Shown: positions 1 through 13,538, counted from the first letter of the whole stretch. The stretch: DNA of 57,024 bases, filler included, from Sphacelaria rigidula (GCA_964200075.2; 7 parts of 7 records of this genome joined end to end with filler, not necessarily neighbours in it); one strand, 5' to 3'. Notes: generated by a model from the letters alone, not told the origin. Translations and numbers: made by a program.

Positions 1-1134
1 TGGTGGAGTGGGGGGTGGGGGGGGGGGGGGGGGGAGGGTGTTGGTGGGGGGGGGGAATAGACCCGTTAATAATATCTCGAACTCTTGTATCCGTTTGTTT
101 ATCTCGCGCTCGAAAACAAGAACTTTAAGCTTGCCGGCAAGGGTGAGGAGAGGAGGATTCAGGGTGTTGCTAGCTCGCCCTTGGCGGAGCGGGCGCGCGG
201 TGGTAACAGCTCGGGCAATCCATCCAGTGGAAGGGGCACTTCATCAAAGAGGAATATTCGGCAGGAGAAAAGCTCGAGAAGGTGTGTTTTTCTACACAGC
301 TGAAAATCATCAAAAGTTGTTTTTCGGTTTTTGCCCCGACGATTATTGTAATGAGCGTGGGACGTAAGTCAATTGTAGGTGAGCCAAAGGTTGGATTTTG
401 AAATTTTGATGAATCTGCTGCGGTTTTATCGTAGGCCGGGGCGGGGCAGGTTTTTGTCGTTGGATTGGTCGGCAGACCCTACTGGGCTTGTACAGTCTCT
501 GTGCTCTGCGCCCTAGCGATGTCCAGGCGCTGTGTTCTATTGCTACTGTAGGGATGGAAGGTAGTCCGCGAAGCGGCTCCTATGTGCTGCCATGTGCAGC
601 TCTCCAACAGCACAGACAAGCGCCCTGCCTACAGTCGTGCTTCCTACCTCATCCAAAACTTGATTGACGCCGGGAGCCCCTCCCCCCCGCCCCCTGCCCC
701 CTTCTGATGTGTAGGATACACTGTATACGAACGTAAAGCTAAGTTCGGCGTTCGTCAGGGCGCTGTTTAACTCAGACCGCTTCTTATGGTCCGAAAAAAG
801 ACTCTGGAAAAAAGTCTGGGCGATGGTCTTCTCCCCAAAAACGTTTCTCAATAAAAACAGTTAGCTGCAGTTCTGGGACCCGCTCATCCTGGGCGCCAGC
901 ATCCCGGCGACCACCCCTAAAACACCCCCTCATTTGTTTTCAAGGTCACCGTTAAAAAGTCATTAATCTGTTCAGACTAAAGGGGGTTTATAGGTCGCAG
1001 ATCGATGTGGCTGATGTTGAAGGCACGGCCACCTCTGGATAGGCGCCATGATGAGCGCGAAGAGTGAAGATTTTGCCTGAATTCCACGACGGTTACGTTG
1101 GACCCGACAAACACAATTTTTTCCGAGGTTGTGT

Positions 1135-1620
1135 TGTGTAGGGTACGGTTTTCTGTATACCCGGGGATTTTTCCCGGGGATTTACCCTACACTACCCGAC
1201 ACTTTCGTACCTGTACCCGATAGTTCTGTGAGTTCTGTGAGCCTCCTGTACCGTTACCGGGGGCACGGGTATGCTCTTGATATGATACCCGGTTGCGGGT
1301 ACGGTTTTCTGTGCAGTCTTCATACCCTGCCCGACAATTATTGTGAGTTTTATACGCCTTCCATACCCTCGCCCGGTAGTTCTGTGAGTTCTGTACGTAA
1401 TGTATACCCGTACCTGGAGCGCGGGTATGCCCTTGAAGAAATACCCGAATGCCGGTACGGTTTTCTGTAAGCCTCCCGTACCGTACCGTACCCCACAAGT
1501 TCTGCAATTTCTGTAAGATTTCCAAACCGGTACCCGACAGTTGTGTTATTTATGTAAGACGTTCATGCCGGTATAGCAACCAATATTTCTGTAAGCTCTG
1601 TAACGAATCCTATACCCTAC
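1135..1620. repeat. Degenerate tandem repeat, ~156-bp unit, about 3 copies
   Basis: GGTACGGTTTTCTGT recurs near 1142, 1298 and 1454; AGTTCTGTGAGTTCTGT near 1222 and 1378. Confidence 0.75.
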
Positions 1621-2543
1621 AGAACACAACCTTGAAATTTTCAGTCACATACTCTTGCATTTTCCTAGCGTTTTTTTGGTGGATGTCAAAAATGCGTACT
1701 TGGCGCGGGAAAGATCGACTCACGGAAAACCCCTTGCAACAAACCGCGCGAGATTCCTCGTGGCGATCATCGAGATCTCTTTCGTACAAAATCGAGTGTT
1801 CTCGAATCGGGAGCAAGCTGAAGGACCCTGTGATCGAGCAAGGCGCTCCGGCAGTGTACTGTTGCGAGTCCGCGGTGCTCAGTGTTACAAACAGATTTGT
1901 ACCCACAACGATCAAATTCGTATGCGTGAGAAACTCAAAGAACAACTCCCAGACATTGAAAGCTTTGTTCATACAAACGGATGCATCTTGCAGGCCTTCT
2001 ATAATAGTTGTTGTAGTCCAGATCTCTCTCCTGTCACGCCAATGTTGGCCAATCCGCCAATCTCTCACTACCTTGTACGACATGGGTTATGCTAGTGTTC
2101 CAGCGGGAGATGCAGCGTAGAACTACCGAACCTCGAAGAGGCGAAGAGTACACGGGGGTATTCATGTGTGGTGTTTGTGTTTTCGTCCGGTCGCTTGTGT
2201 GGGCTGTGGACCGCCCAGGGTAGATCATGTGATGAATCGGAATTATTTTTATTTGCAAAATGCGCGTTGGACCAAGATGAACCAACCGGCCATCAAAGCG
2301 TTACGCTACGTTGGCCATCGTCGTAAACCGGATATCCAGTTATTTGTCAGCTTGGGTGAACCGATTCCCCACTCCACGCTGTATTGCATGGATGATGCTG
2401 ATATGCCAGCGAGAGGTGTTGTATGCAGCTATTAATACCTAATTTCTCCGAAAACACTGTGCTTTCATCGACCAGATGAACGGGGGAAAAACATCTCTGT
2501 TGGGAAAAAAAAAAAAAACGATCTTGGACAACTCTTCGACCAG

Positions 2544-2951
2544 AAGAGGTCCCGTAAGAGGCGCCCTCATTCTGTCAGAACGCGGTGAATGTTTTGTGTT
2601 GAGGACAAACCACTTCCAATCTGCGGGGCAACCTTGTCTAGGTTGTGGTTGTCGGTGTCGCAAAACATATACGACGTAGGCCGACGTGTGGGTCAAACGT
2701 TTACTCCTTCACGTAATCGTTGTCTTGACCCGCAGCGTAATCTTGGCTCGCGATCTGCGAGTTGGACCAGAGCAAAGGTCTGACTTTATGTCATCTGTTT
2801 GTTCACCGTGCACAAGAACAGACATCCCAAGCCCCGGGAAAAGTTCCCAAACCCGGCGCTAGACAGTCATGCTACGATGGGGGAGGGGAGGGGGCAGTGA
2901 TTCCGCGAGAAAAGGGCTCATGGGTGTGTCAGGCGACCCAACACACTCGCG
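2544..2951 (+). CDS. Putative upstream exons (2544-2584, 2817-2951) of the contig-1 repeat-motif gene, with an in-frame TAG at 2860-2862
   Basis: AG acceptors end at 2543 and 2816; GT donors at 2585 and 2952. Phase-2 junctions give KRSRKRRPHSVRTRTDIPSPGKSSQTRR*TVML...THSR|QTAEAF, in frame with exon 3249. Confidence 0.4.
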
Positions 2952-3248
2952 GTGCGCTTGTATTTGGGCAAAAACGGTGTCATGCAGTATGAATGAGCGT
3001 GGTGTATCGGTAAAAAGCGTGTACGAACCACCATTGTTGCTTTCAACTGCGATTTGAAGTGGGATTTTGTGAAATAATTGACCCAAAATCCCCCTCCCCC
3101 CTCCCCCCACTCCCTATCGTAGCATGATCTTAGATGAGGGTCGTGCAACCCACACGAGGTATTCATGATATGAACGATAACGGATGCTCCATTCACTGCT
3201 CCCGAACACGCACGCCCTCGCCTCACAACGCCGCTTCTGTCGATTCAG

Positions 3249-6200
3249 GCAAACAGCCGAGGCTTTCTCCGTCACCGACGTTCTCCAAAATCTAGCATCC
3301 CCGGCAGTATCATCAACGTCACACACAGGGCAACACGTCTACCGGAACAGCAGCAGCGGATCGGATGAGGGCGCCTCGCTTCGTCCATCGACAGGAGAAA
3401 CGTCCGGACACCAACCCGACGGTCCCGTCGGCGGCGGTGGCAGGGGTCGATACAAGCGGCGTCAAACCGCCCGATTGAGCTCTATCCGCGACATCACCGC
3501 GTCGCCCGCAGCCTGCAGCAGCGATTACGGTGGCTCGGAGGGTACGTCAGGTACATCCTCGCTGCAAGGACTCGGGTTAGGTCGTACGACTGGCGACCTT
3601 GATGACGAGGAAGACGAACGAGACGACACCGCGGATTTCTCGTCGCTCATGGCCCTCGTTACCCGCGATAGCAACGCAGGGAGGAAGGGCGGTCACGCGG
3701 CAGCCCCCGCCGGCGCCGCCTCCCAGACACAGAACAGCGATGCTGGAGATGGTGATGGCGCTCGCGGTAACTTTGACAGTACCGATGGTGGAAACGGAAA
3801 CAGTCGGGGCAGCTCGTGGTTGGGAAAGGGAGCCGCCATACGTCCCCGAGCCCCCCGCCTCAGCAACCAGATATCCGGAAATGAGATCGGGGCGAGGGGC
3901 GGTGGCTCGGCAGCGGCGGAATTCAGCGCTGGGCAGATCCCGAGGCCGGAGAGACACAAAGATCGGTCGTCGCCGCAGCGGCCACGACCCATTTATTCGT
4001 TGGAGGGGTATGGGATGCCCACGGCTAAGGTGAGGTCTCGTTTTCCGGGTGAAAAAATAGAGTTTGGTGTGGCGTGATGTGGTGTGGTGTATGAGGGGGG
4101 GGGGAGGAGTAGTTCCAGTGATATGCTTGGAAGTGTTTCCCGTTTCAACTGCTTTGCCGGTTGGCTTATGACTGCGTTCGTAACGGTGTATAAAGTGTTT
4201 TGGGTGACCGGCATTTGTTACGACCTTCGGCGTGCATATCTTTTCATACCCATGCAGCATAGCCAAGCCTTGAGATGATTGGGCAACTACTCCACACCCT
4301 GGGCAATATATGGTCAACAGTTGCAATGCACAAAATATGTACTGCGTAAAGTATGGGCGATGAAAATATACCAGGAACAAGTGTGCGACAACAAGTTTGC
4401 AGAGTGCTGCAGTGGACATACGCTTTCGTTTTTGCATGAGTGTTCGGGTACGTCGATTTGACTACCGTACATTGAGTTACTTATTCCTCGAACATGAGAA
4501 AGGCTGTCAAGTGCGCACTGAAAACTCTCCACGTCATACTCGTATAATAGCACATTTAGGGCAACGAAACGCGTATTTTCCCACCGCACCATCTCCCCGC
4601 GTCGGCTTCTCCCTACTCAATCCCGACTGACTCGACGAATAGAGCAATGCAAAAAGCATGGGCGACGACAGCGACGATGGAAGCAGTAGCACGGGGGCAA
4701 ACGTAGCTATCACACGCCGCACATCCGATGGTCGCGTCTCGGGCCCATTCGCTGCTGCCGTGTCTGATATCGGCGACGTTGAAATGGATGACGATGAGGA
4801 ACGGGAATACATCACGACCGATATTGGCTCGATGATTGCGGAGCTCGAGGGCGCTACTGCTGCTGCTGATGCTGCCGGTGGGCGGGCGGATGAGGGCGGC
4901 GCGGACTTCGGCGGCGGCGGCGATCCGGCTACGCGGGGGAGGGCCCGCCTGCAGAGGAGACAGACCGCAGAAAAAATTAGCACGGAGTCTCTGCTCCGGG
5001 AGTTGGACGAAGGGGATGAGGGAGTTCATGAAGTGAGCCATTTTTAAACGGCACAGTAGAAAGAAAATTTCCCTGTTGCAGAAGAATCTTGAGTATAACA
5101 TATACAGCGTGATTCGCACACGTTTATATACCAGTGACTTTCCTTCCACACCCCACTGCTTTTTTTTAACTCCCTCTCACCTCGCCTTCACCGACCCCTA
5201 TTCTTTTTTCTTCCCCATTCCCCCGGTTCCTGGTGTTGCTGCCGCTGCTGCTAACGCATCCGCCGACAAGTCCACTGGAGAGCACTCCCAGGCAGCGGCG
5301 GCATCAAACGTCGGCACTCCCAAGAGCGCGGCCGGCAAGCGCAAGAAGAAAAGACGAAACTCTTCTCGCCGTCTCACCGCAGACTTTTCCGAACTTAACA
5401 TGTTGTTGGGTGACGACAACAAGGACGACGTCGATTCTGAAGAACAAAGCGGCGGTCAGAAACCAGGAGACACAAAGACTGCCTCCTCCATGGCAGGCTC
5501 TTCAATTTTATCGGGGGGGCAGAGTGGCAGCGGCGGGGGTTGGGCAGCGAAGTCGGAAGCGAGCGCCGCGACCCCCACGTCTGGCTCCGATGGCGTTGGT
5601 AGCGGAGCGGCAACCGCTGACCACGCCACTGTGGTCGGCATGCTGAAGGAGTCAGCCGCGGCCACGCCATCCCCACACGCATCGGCAGCGGCGGTGGCGA
5701 CGGTGACTGCAGCCGATGCCGACGGTAACAGCGTCCACCTCGCATCCGGCGGGAGTCGTGCCTCGACTGCTGACGGCGGAGCTCTGACGAACTTATTGGA
5801 CTCCTCCTTCTACTCATCATCAGGCACAAGCTCCCTTGCCAATACGGCGGCAGCCGGCGCCGGTGCTAATACCCCAAATACCCCGACACATGCCGGTGCC
5901 GGTAGTCGCAGCGGTGGATCTTCGTCTTCCGTTGGCGTCAGTCAAGGAACGAGCGGCAACAGCACCGGCACACGTACGACGGACGGCGGCGGATCGATGC
6001 TTGTGCTCACACCGGGATCCCGCCGCGCCGACTCGATCGTGGGATCGAGCCCATCTTCTGCCGGCGGCGGGATCGAGCAGTGCTTGGCCGACGCGTCTGC
6101 TCTGCGAGAGGAGCAGAGGCTCGCACCGCGTCGATCCGATGTCGTTGGGGCAGCTGCGGGCGCCGGCGGTGGGGGCGTGCGCCGCGCGAGTGGTGTTGGC

Positions 6201-7335
6201 ACGATGCTTGGTGGGAAAGGTGTTGGTGTGGAACATGATGGTAACGAAGAAGGTGTCAAGAACGGCGGTGAAGTGCGCCCCTCGAACCCTGGGGTGAGTG
6301 TGATGGAATCCTTCATATAGTTATCCGAATATGGGACATGGCTATTGACCGTTTCATGGTTCGTATACTTCACCCACTGTTTCCTTCTTGGCGTACTTGC
6401 GTTGGACATTTGATCGGTGCTTGTCGGGAAGGTTTCCTGCGGGAAGGGGGACCTGGATTGGCATGCGAGCGCTCTTTCGACAGCAACGTACATCATTTCG
6501 TTGTGTTGATTTATTCTCGTGTGTGTCCCTCCATCCATCTGCGATATGTATGGTTATCGTCATACAGTACTTTGTAGTCTGTAGCGATCAGCCCATCTAT
6601 CCCCCGATAACCGCCTTGCGATTCGTTCTCTCGACCATTGGGTGAGCATTCCCCAACCCCGTCGGATTATCTCGAGTTTTTCTGTCACTATCAGCAACGT
6701 TTCAAAGTTGTCTTCGGAAAGTACGGAACCCGAAAACGGTGCGTTGTTTTTCCTTGTTCGTCTTTTGTCCATGTACTGTTGACTTCTGTGAAGCGTCTCG
6801 AGCGGCGCCTCACGTGCGACCGCGGTAACCTGTTTTGGGTCATGGACGACTTGGAGTCACCCAGCACTTTCGGACAACGCAGCATCAGCACCGCCGGCTC
6901 CTCTCCTCTGAATACGAGGAGTGTCGCTGAAGGATCTGTTGCCGGCTACTCCCCTGCTACCAGGTGATGGGCGTTTTTTTTTTTTTCGTCATCTGCATGT
7001 CTTTTTGCCAGCAGGTTTGTCAACTGTGTGGATGAGCAGCAGGTTTCGGTCCGTGTGGCTCGTCTTGTTTCAACCGTAGTTTGGGTGTTGGTGCGTAAAT
7101 GTGTATTGCAGGTGTGCGTGCGTGCGTGCTGCGTATTCGACTGAAAGAAAAACGGATATTCTGGGTTCCCCGTCCCGTCTTATCATTTTTTTCCCGACAA
7201 GGTGATCAATATATGCTAGCCCTCTTCTCCGCCACCATGGCAATCGCGTGTGTCCACAGGCACGCTGTGCTGACGCAGCTACTTGTATATTCCAAAGTTC
7301 GCTGGATACGGCATTCCACACAACGTACTGCCACG

Positions 7336-7389
<54 letters not shown>

Positions 7390-7818
7390 TTGCCGCAAAC
7401 CCCACCTCGACCCAATCGCGATACCGCCTCCCGCAGCCGACGAAGTCGTGACGAAGAAGGCGTGATGTCCATTGACGAAGATGATGAGGATAAAGATGTA
7501 GATGGAGAGGAAGAAAGTGCCTATCCTGCCGCGTTGGCAGCCGCCGACGCTGCTGCGGCCAACGCAGCGGTGGGAACCGGCTCACAAGCGAGAATTACGA
7601 ACAGTGGTGGCAGGAGGCTGACAGCTACGCTTTCGTCGTACCACAGCCTGCTGGACGATATTGGCTCCGAGGATAACGGAGAGGAGGATGATGGAGAGGG
7701 AACGGACGGAGGGGATAGTGTGGCTTCTGGTGGGAGTGATGATGCTAGTGGCGATGGTGATGGCGATGGCGATGGTGATAATGGGATTGACGGCGATGCA
7801 GCATCCAATTCGTACGAG
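3249..7818 (+). CDS. Partial multi-exon gene for a large Ser/Gly/Ala/Asp-rich, probably disordered protein with repeated RRxT[AD]..hydrophobic motifs (possible KNL1/Spc105-like N-terminal region; identity unconfirmed)
   Basis: Five exons with canonical GT-AG sites and consistent phases: 3249-4029, 4643-5032, 5271-6293, 6794-6963, 7437-7818. Donors are GTGAGG, GTGAGC, GTGAGT, GTGATG, GTACGT; intron phases 0,0,0,2. They join the provided ORFs 3184, 4658, 5076, 6638 and 7099 into one reading frame. The gene runs off the contig end. Confidence 0.8.
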
Positions 7819-7977
7819 GTACGTCGTCGTTGTTGTTGTTGTTGTTCTTATTGTTTTCATGAATTTAGTTAGTTGACACCGTCTGCAAGTATGGAGCGGT
7901 TCGTTCATTGGCCTAGCCTTCGATAACATCATATTCGTAGTAGGAATATAACGGTGGATTGTCGATTACCGAAGATA

Positions 7978-8033
<56 letters not shown>

Positions 8034-8061
8034 CCGCCCCGCCCCGCCGGCGCGCGGGGCG

Positions 8062-8161
8062 NNNNNNNNNNNNNNNNNNNNNNNNNNNNNNNNNNNNNNN
8101 NNNNNTTAATTAATTAANNNNNNNNNNNNNNNNNNNNNNNNNNNNNNNNNNNNNNNNNNNN
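8062..8161. other. Artificial contig linker N44-TTAATTAATTAA-N44 (identical linkers at 16223-16322, 24384-24483, 32545-32644, 40705-40804, 48865-48964)
   Basis: Six identical 100-bp spacers. TTAATTAATTAA gives stops in all six frames. The intervening segments are 8061/8061/8061/8061/8060/8060/8060 bp. Confidence 0.98.
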
Positions 8162-8896
8162 TTGGGCAATCAGGCCGAAGAAATCGTGGATTTGGTGATT
8201 CGCAGTCGTGATGATTCGTCCGAACCGTGAAGCTTTGCTTCAGGCTACGAGCCTGTGTGTTGAAGCTATTATCTCGTGTCGGTGAGTCGGCGAATAAACA
8301 GAACACCAGACCCTCACTGAATACAAGGATCGGGATATCTCAGTACCTTGACTACATCCCACCACAATCAAAACGCACAATCTGGAGATACTCTCGAAAG
8401 AGATCGAGATAGAGACGGTAAGGAGGGGCTGGTGGAGAAGTTGAAAAGGGGCGGAGGTACTAATAATGGTGTTGACATTTGGAGTGCCCAGCGATATGAC
8501 AAGAATAGAGTTTGCAAAAAAGTGCAATAAAGTGAGACTTCACTGCATGCTACGAGGGAAAATAGAAACGGAAGGAGAACGCCTCCAAGTCACGCCAAAA
8601 CAGAGAGTCAGCAATAAGTGGGACAGGAAAGAGACTGGTAAGGTGCCGGCATGGGTTAGGAGGGTAGGATGGAGAGGGATGCACTGCCGATGGAACAGCA
8701 AACCTAAGGCGTAGTCCACGGGAGAAAGAAGGAGCAGGATCGAGTAAATGCTCTGAAGGTATGGGGGAGGGAAAATAAGGGCCCACATGAAAGAGACAAA
8801 GACCAAACTGGGAACGGGAAGAAAATCAGCAGCGAGAAAATGGAGTAAAAACGACGGAGAGAGAACACTACACAGAAGGAGAGTGGGTAATTTCAA

Positions 8897-11440
8897 AGAA
8901 AGCTGAGAACAGCATCGTGGAACGTTAATGGATCCGACACAGACAAACGCAAGAGAATGGAGATAGCCGAACACGTAAATAAGCACAACCTAGATATAGT
9001 GGGAATCCAAGAGTGGTGGGAGCAAGAGAGTGCGAATGTAGAATACAAAGCTGGAGAGTACGCATGGATAGGGAAAAGGCGTACGTGGCAAGAAGCCCAA
9101 GAACGGGGGGGTGGGAGGCGAAGGATTCTTAGTCAAGGAATAACTGTGTGACATCAAAGAAGTGATCACAGACACAAACTTCGACGAGAGCATATGAATA
9201 AGGGTACCAGGGAAGCGGGGAACGAAATACTTTTTCGTAGGAAACATCTATTTACCCCAAGAATCGAAGAGTGCGGTACGCGATATCAGATGGGATTTGG
9301 AGAGATAGCAACAAATGCGTATACGTACAAAAGGCAAGGAGAAGTAATGTTATTGGGGGAGTTTAACGCAAGGATTGAAAAAGCAAGTAAACGGCATGAT
9401 ATCATTGGGCAATACGAGGAAGAGAAGAAGAACACGAATGGGGTAGAAATGATGAAGTCCCTTGAGAATAACGAGATGAAGACGCTACTCGATAAAGCAC
9501 AAAATCCAACGACGCAATATACATGGGCTAAACAATGCAAAGGCAAAACGACATAAAGCTCCGTTCTTGACTATATACTGGTAGAATGTGGAGATAGTAA
9601 GGAAATGGAAGATACGTATGCGCAGAAAACGTGGAAACTACAGATCATTGCCGCACATGAACAAACAGCCAACAGACGAGAGCTATAAGCAGTAGGCGGC
9701 GTAGGATATTCTACAAATAAAGAATATATTGATTAGAAATACAAGAAAAAGAGCAGGAGTGCCAAGAAGAAATAAATGATAAAAACCGTGGTGAAAAATT
9801 CCCGAGTTGTAGGAAAGAGTAGGTACAGTTGATACCAAAATGAAAAGGGATCGGACGGGAGCGAGGATTACAGAAGGATGGGGAAAACTGGTCAAGATCA
9901 CAATAGGTAAGGTTAAAGGGAAGGATCTGCTCGTTTGCAATAGAGCAATACAATGGTGGATAAGGAAGTAAAAGAGTCTACACAAGTAAGGAGAGAGGAC
10001 CACGCAAGATATATATCGGGTAAAACTATGGTATGATGGGAGAAGTATTGCTAAAGCTTGAAAAGACGTAAGCGAGAAAAAAGAGAAAAGACAGAAGGTA
10101 AGATGGGAAGATGTAGTAAGAAAAACTTATGAACGATTTCGATGGCGGGACGAAGCAAATTTGGTTAGGAATGGAAGGGATAATGGGAGAACAGGAAGGA
10201 AACATTGACAAAGGGACAGCCACACTACGGGTGAAAAACGGTAAAATGGTCAGTAGTTCGAAGCGAAAGGGAGAAGTACCAGTTGAGCACTAACGTAAAC
10301 TAGGAACATCAGAATCTCACAAGAGGTCGGCACGGAAGTCGAGAAATAAATCAACGCCTGGGCAGAGGCAAATGTAAGGGCATCAAAGCGGGAGAATAGT
10401 GGCTCCAAAGAAAATCAGAGGGAGTTCAGAAGAGATGAAGTGAAAGAGTGTGTACCTAGACTCAAGAACAGGAAGGCAGCAGTGTCAGACGAAATGGTGG
10501 ATGTTTTTTTGGATACGGGGGATGGGGGGAACGGTTACCATGACGGTTACGCTGTATAATCGGGTATGGGAAAACGAGTACACACCAGAGAGGTGTGGAC
10601 AAGTAGAAGTCGTAAACCTATTCAAGAACGGAGACAAGGGTGGCCCAGGGAATATATACAGGGGTAAAGCTACTGAACACCGTGGGGAAAATGTTCTGTG
10701 AGATTCTAAACGAAAAAGTGGGAACGATGCTAAGAAGGAAGAAAAATCAGCGAGGGACAAGCACGCTCCAAACTCAACCGTAGTTGCGTAGCCCATTGTA
10801 CATATTCAGTGAGATTATTCAAGGTAGGAAAGACGCCGGGATGACAACGTACGGTTTCTTTCTAGACGTACAAAACGTCCATGACACAATATGGAGAAAG
10901 GGTTGCGGGAAAACTTGGGGGGAACTGGCATTAGAGGGAGAGTGTGGAGAAAGGTGAAGAAGATGACAGAATGTACCAAGAGTGTTAAGGTGCTAGGCGG
11001 GGGAATATCGAGATATTTTTTTAATTTACAAGGAGTTACACAGGGATTCACGCCATCACCCAAGTTTTCATATGTTTATTCATGACCTGAAATTAGCAAT
11101 GGAAGTAGCGAAGAAGGGAGTCAAGGTAGGGGACGATATGGTATTGGAATCGATGCTCGTACATGATTTCGTGGGGGTATCAGAAACACCAAAAGCGTTG
11201 CAGAAGCAAACAGAGAAAGCGCTAGAATGCACCAGAAAATGGCGAGTGATCGTGAACGCACACAAATGCGCGCTGCTCGTATGTAATGGAGATGAGGAGA
11301 ATCCGATAAAGTTCAAATGGACGAGGGGAGAGAGGAAGGAAAACCGATCGTAGACCAGTATACATAAATTGGTGTAGAAATCTCGAACAACAGCTTCTGG
11401 GACGCGCACGTAAATAAAGTAATAAAAAAGGGTAAGGCAC
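8897..11440 (+). mobile_element. Decayed non-LTR retrotransposon (LINE) ORF2: APE endonuclease plus reverse transcriptase, with many stops and frameshifts
   Basis: APE motifs KLRTASWNVNG (~8900), LDIVGIQE, VMLLGEFNARI, SVLDYILV (~9560), TDH (~9640). RT motifs RLKNRKAA, VNLFKNGDK..PGN.YRG, FLDVQK, GVTQGFTPSP, MLVHDFVG (degenerate YADD), KWRVIVNAHKC. Confidence 0.9.
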
Positions 11441-13538
11441 GATCGTTCCGTGTTTTGCAGATCAGGAAAGATACAGCTAAAAGTCGACAGCAAGATCGGA
11501 TGTGCGCATTCGATCTTGTTTCCGGCCTTCTGCTGTCGCTTAGGTGGTCTGCAAATAAGGGAAAGACCGTGCGCGCGTGCAACCGACGGCAATATTGGAC
11601 GTCAAAACCCAAGTATAAAAACTGCTGAGGGTCTATTTGTTCCCGCGTATAGCTTTTGACTTGCCACAGATGGGACATTTTTGTTTAGTGCACGCAATTA
11701 TCATGCACCCAAAGTGTTTCAGTACTACTATTTCACGGTCTACGTCATGTCGAATGGAAGCCCCCCCCCCCCTACACACACACCCGCCCATCCTCATAGG
11801 AGGTACAACCACTGGGGGCAAGTTACATGCTTCATCCCGGGCACGACCAAACTCGTCTTCACCAGACGGGAAGTCGTGAATGTCACATTCGTTATACGGG
11901 TTTTCACCAATGGGAATTAAAGAGAGTGTTTCGGGGAGGGTACCAGGATGACACGGTTGCTCGGGGGTACGTTGGTAAGGTGGTAGACAAACCTTTTTTC
12001 ATGCGACGGTACTTACGCCCAAACCGCTTTCTGATGCCGACACAACGTCGTTTGCCGTTTTGTTTCCGTCAAGGTTTCGTCCCACTACACCTGAGTCAAG
12101 AGCGCAGAATCGATCGCAGTGATATCGCGTTTTGATTCCCTCACCGCACATCCTCAGATTCCACCGAAGCTATATCCCAAACGTCATCCTGTGTCCAGAA
12201 GGTAATTTTTCCATCCTACACGTTCCGAAATGGTTCACCAGCGGGGTCGATGTGTTTTTTCACCCGACCAGAGCTCGCTGTGGTTGAGCTTGACCTGATC
12301 AGCCGCAAAGCTACCGCTGGGTATTCGGACTCGCCTGTCACTCTCTATTGAGGCTACGTCGGGTGACGAATTTTCCTCTCGTCCTTGTCACTGCTCCTGT
12401 TCGCCATCCCCCGAACCGTCGCTTTTTTTCAGTGCCTCCACTTTTCTACAACGATTAGGGGCAACAGTCGGAGCAAGTTAGAGTTTATTGCGTCGCAGAG
12501 TGGCCGGTAGGGAGGGTGGGGAAGGAAACGACAGATTCAACGACTACGAACAGGAAACAAGCATTCAGCTGAACAAACCGAGCCCTGAGTTCCACCTTAC
12601 TCGTTGACTCTGATCCAGTACATACATTTTTAAGCAAGACTGAGTGAAAAAGAACAACATCATGCCTGAACGATCATCTCGACGTACATATACTACTGAG
12701 TTTCCCGTATTTTAGGGCTAACTACGGGCTGATCCAGCCAAGAAACCCCCACGAGGGTCACCGAGCCAAGCACCAAAGGGTGTGTTCGGGGCAACTGTGT
12801 CAACATCTCAGAGCGCACTGTCCGGGGACTTACAGTAGTTCGCACCACGAGTTTCCTCCGACGACCCGATGAAGGTAGATGACTGCTTAATGCTGACGCG
12901 TATCTTCACTGTATATGCCGATATTCACGTTCAAGCCTGGTTGTTGACCGGTGTTTGTTACATTTGGTAGGTTCGTTGGGTATACACAGGAGAACACCAA
13001 GATATGCGCGATGGAAGCCAGCGCTCAGTCGCGCAAATGTCGGGACGGAATAAGGCAAAAGTACCCCCATATCTGGCTTGTCTTCGTGGCATGATGTGTG
13101 CAGACATGTGAAGCAAGGGAGGCACCAGCACTCATCTCACCGGTTCATGTAGACGGGGTCTGATATTTCGACGTAGACATACATGTCCATGACCTCTGAC
13201 GTCTTCATTCAATGGAGGATGCCAAAAGACTTTTGTATGTCGAAAGATCAATGCGGGTACTCGATCACCAGACTCGCTATAGGCATTGTGGTGTTCTCCG
13301 AACAAGAAGCTGGTCATCCTTTATTCTTTGATGAAGGCCAAGCGGTGTTTCCTCCGACTGTATGGCCTTGGACGTATGAAAACGGGGGGCCAGCAGGAGA
13401 GATCGCTCGGGGATTTTCGACCCGTCCTCTTCATCATCTTTTGATTTTGTATCGCGTCTGCGTGAACTTTTTCGGGTATGACTTCATCGTTGTGTTTCGT
13501 TATATCGTATTACGTGCAGTTAGCCTGTGACCCCGAAA

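Noticed and set aside
1655..2095. VDVKNAYL resembling the copia RT motif DVKxAFL
   Set aside because: No downstream copia RT motifs (LYGLKQ, YVDD), so this is likely chance.
7337..7390. Poly-Pro/poly-Gly ORFs from a poly-C tract (also 7979-8032 and poly-G at the window start)
   Set aside because: The homopolymer lies inside the predicted intron upstream of the acceptor at 7436. It is probably length-inflated or artefactual, not a formin-like domain.
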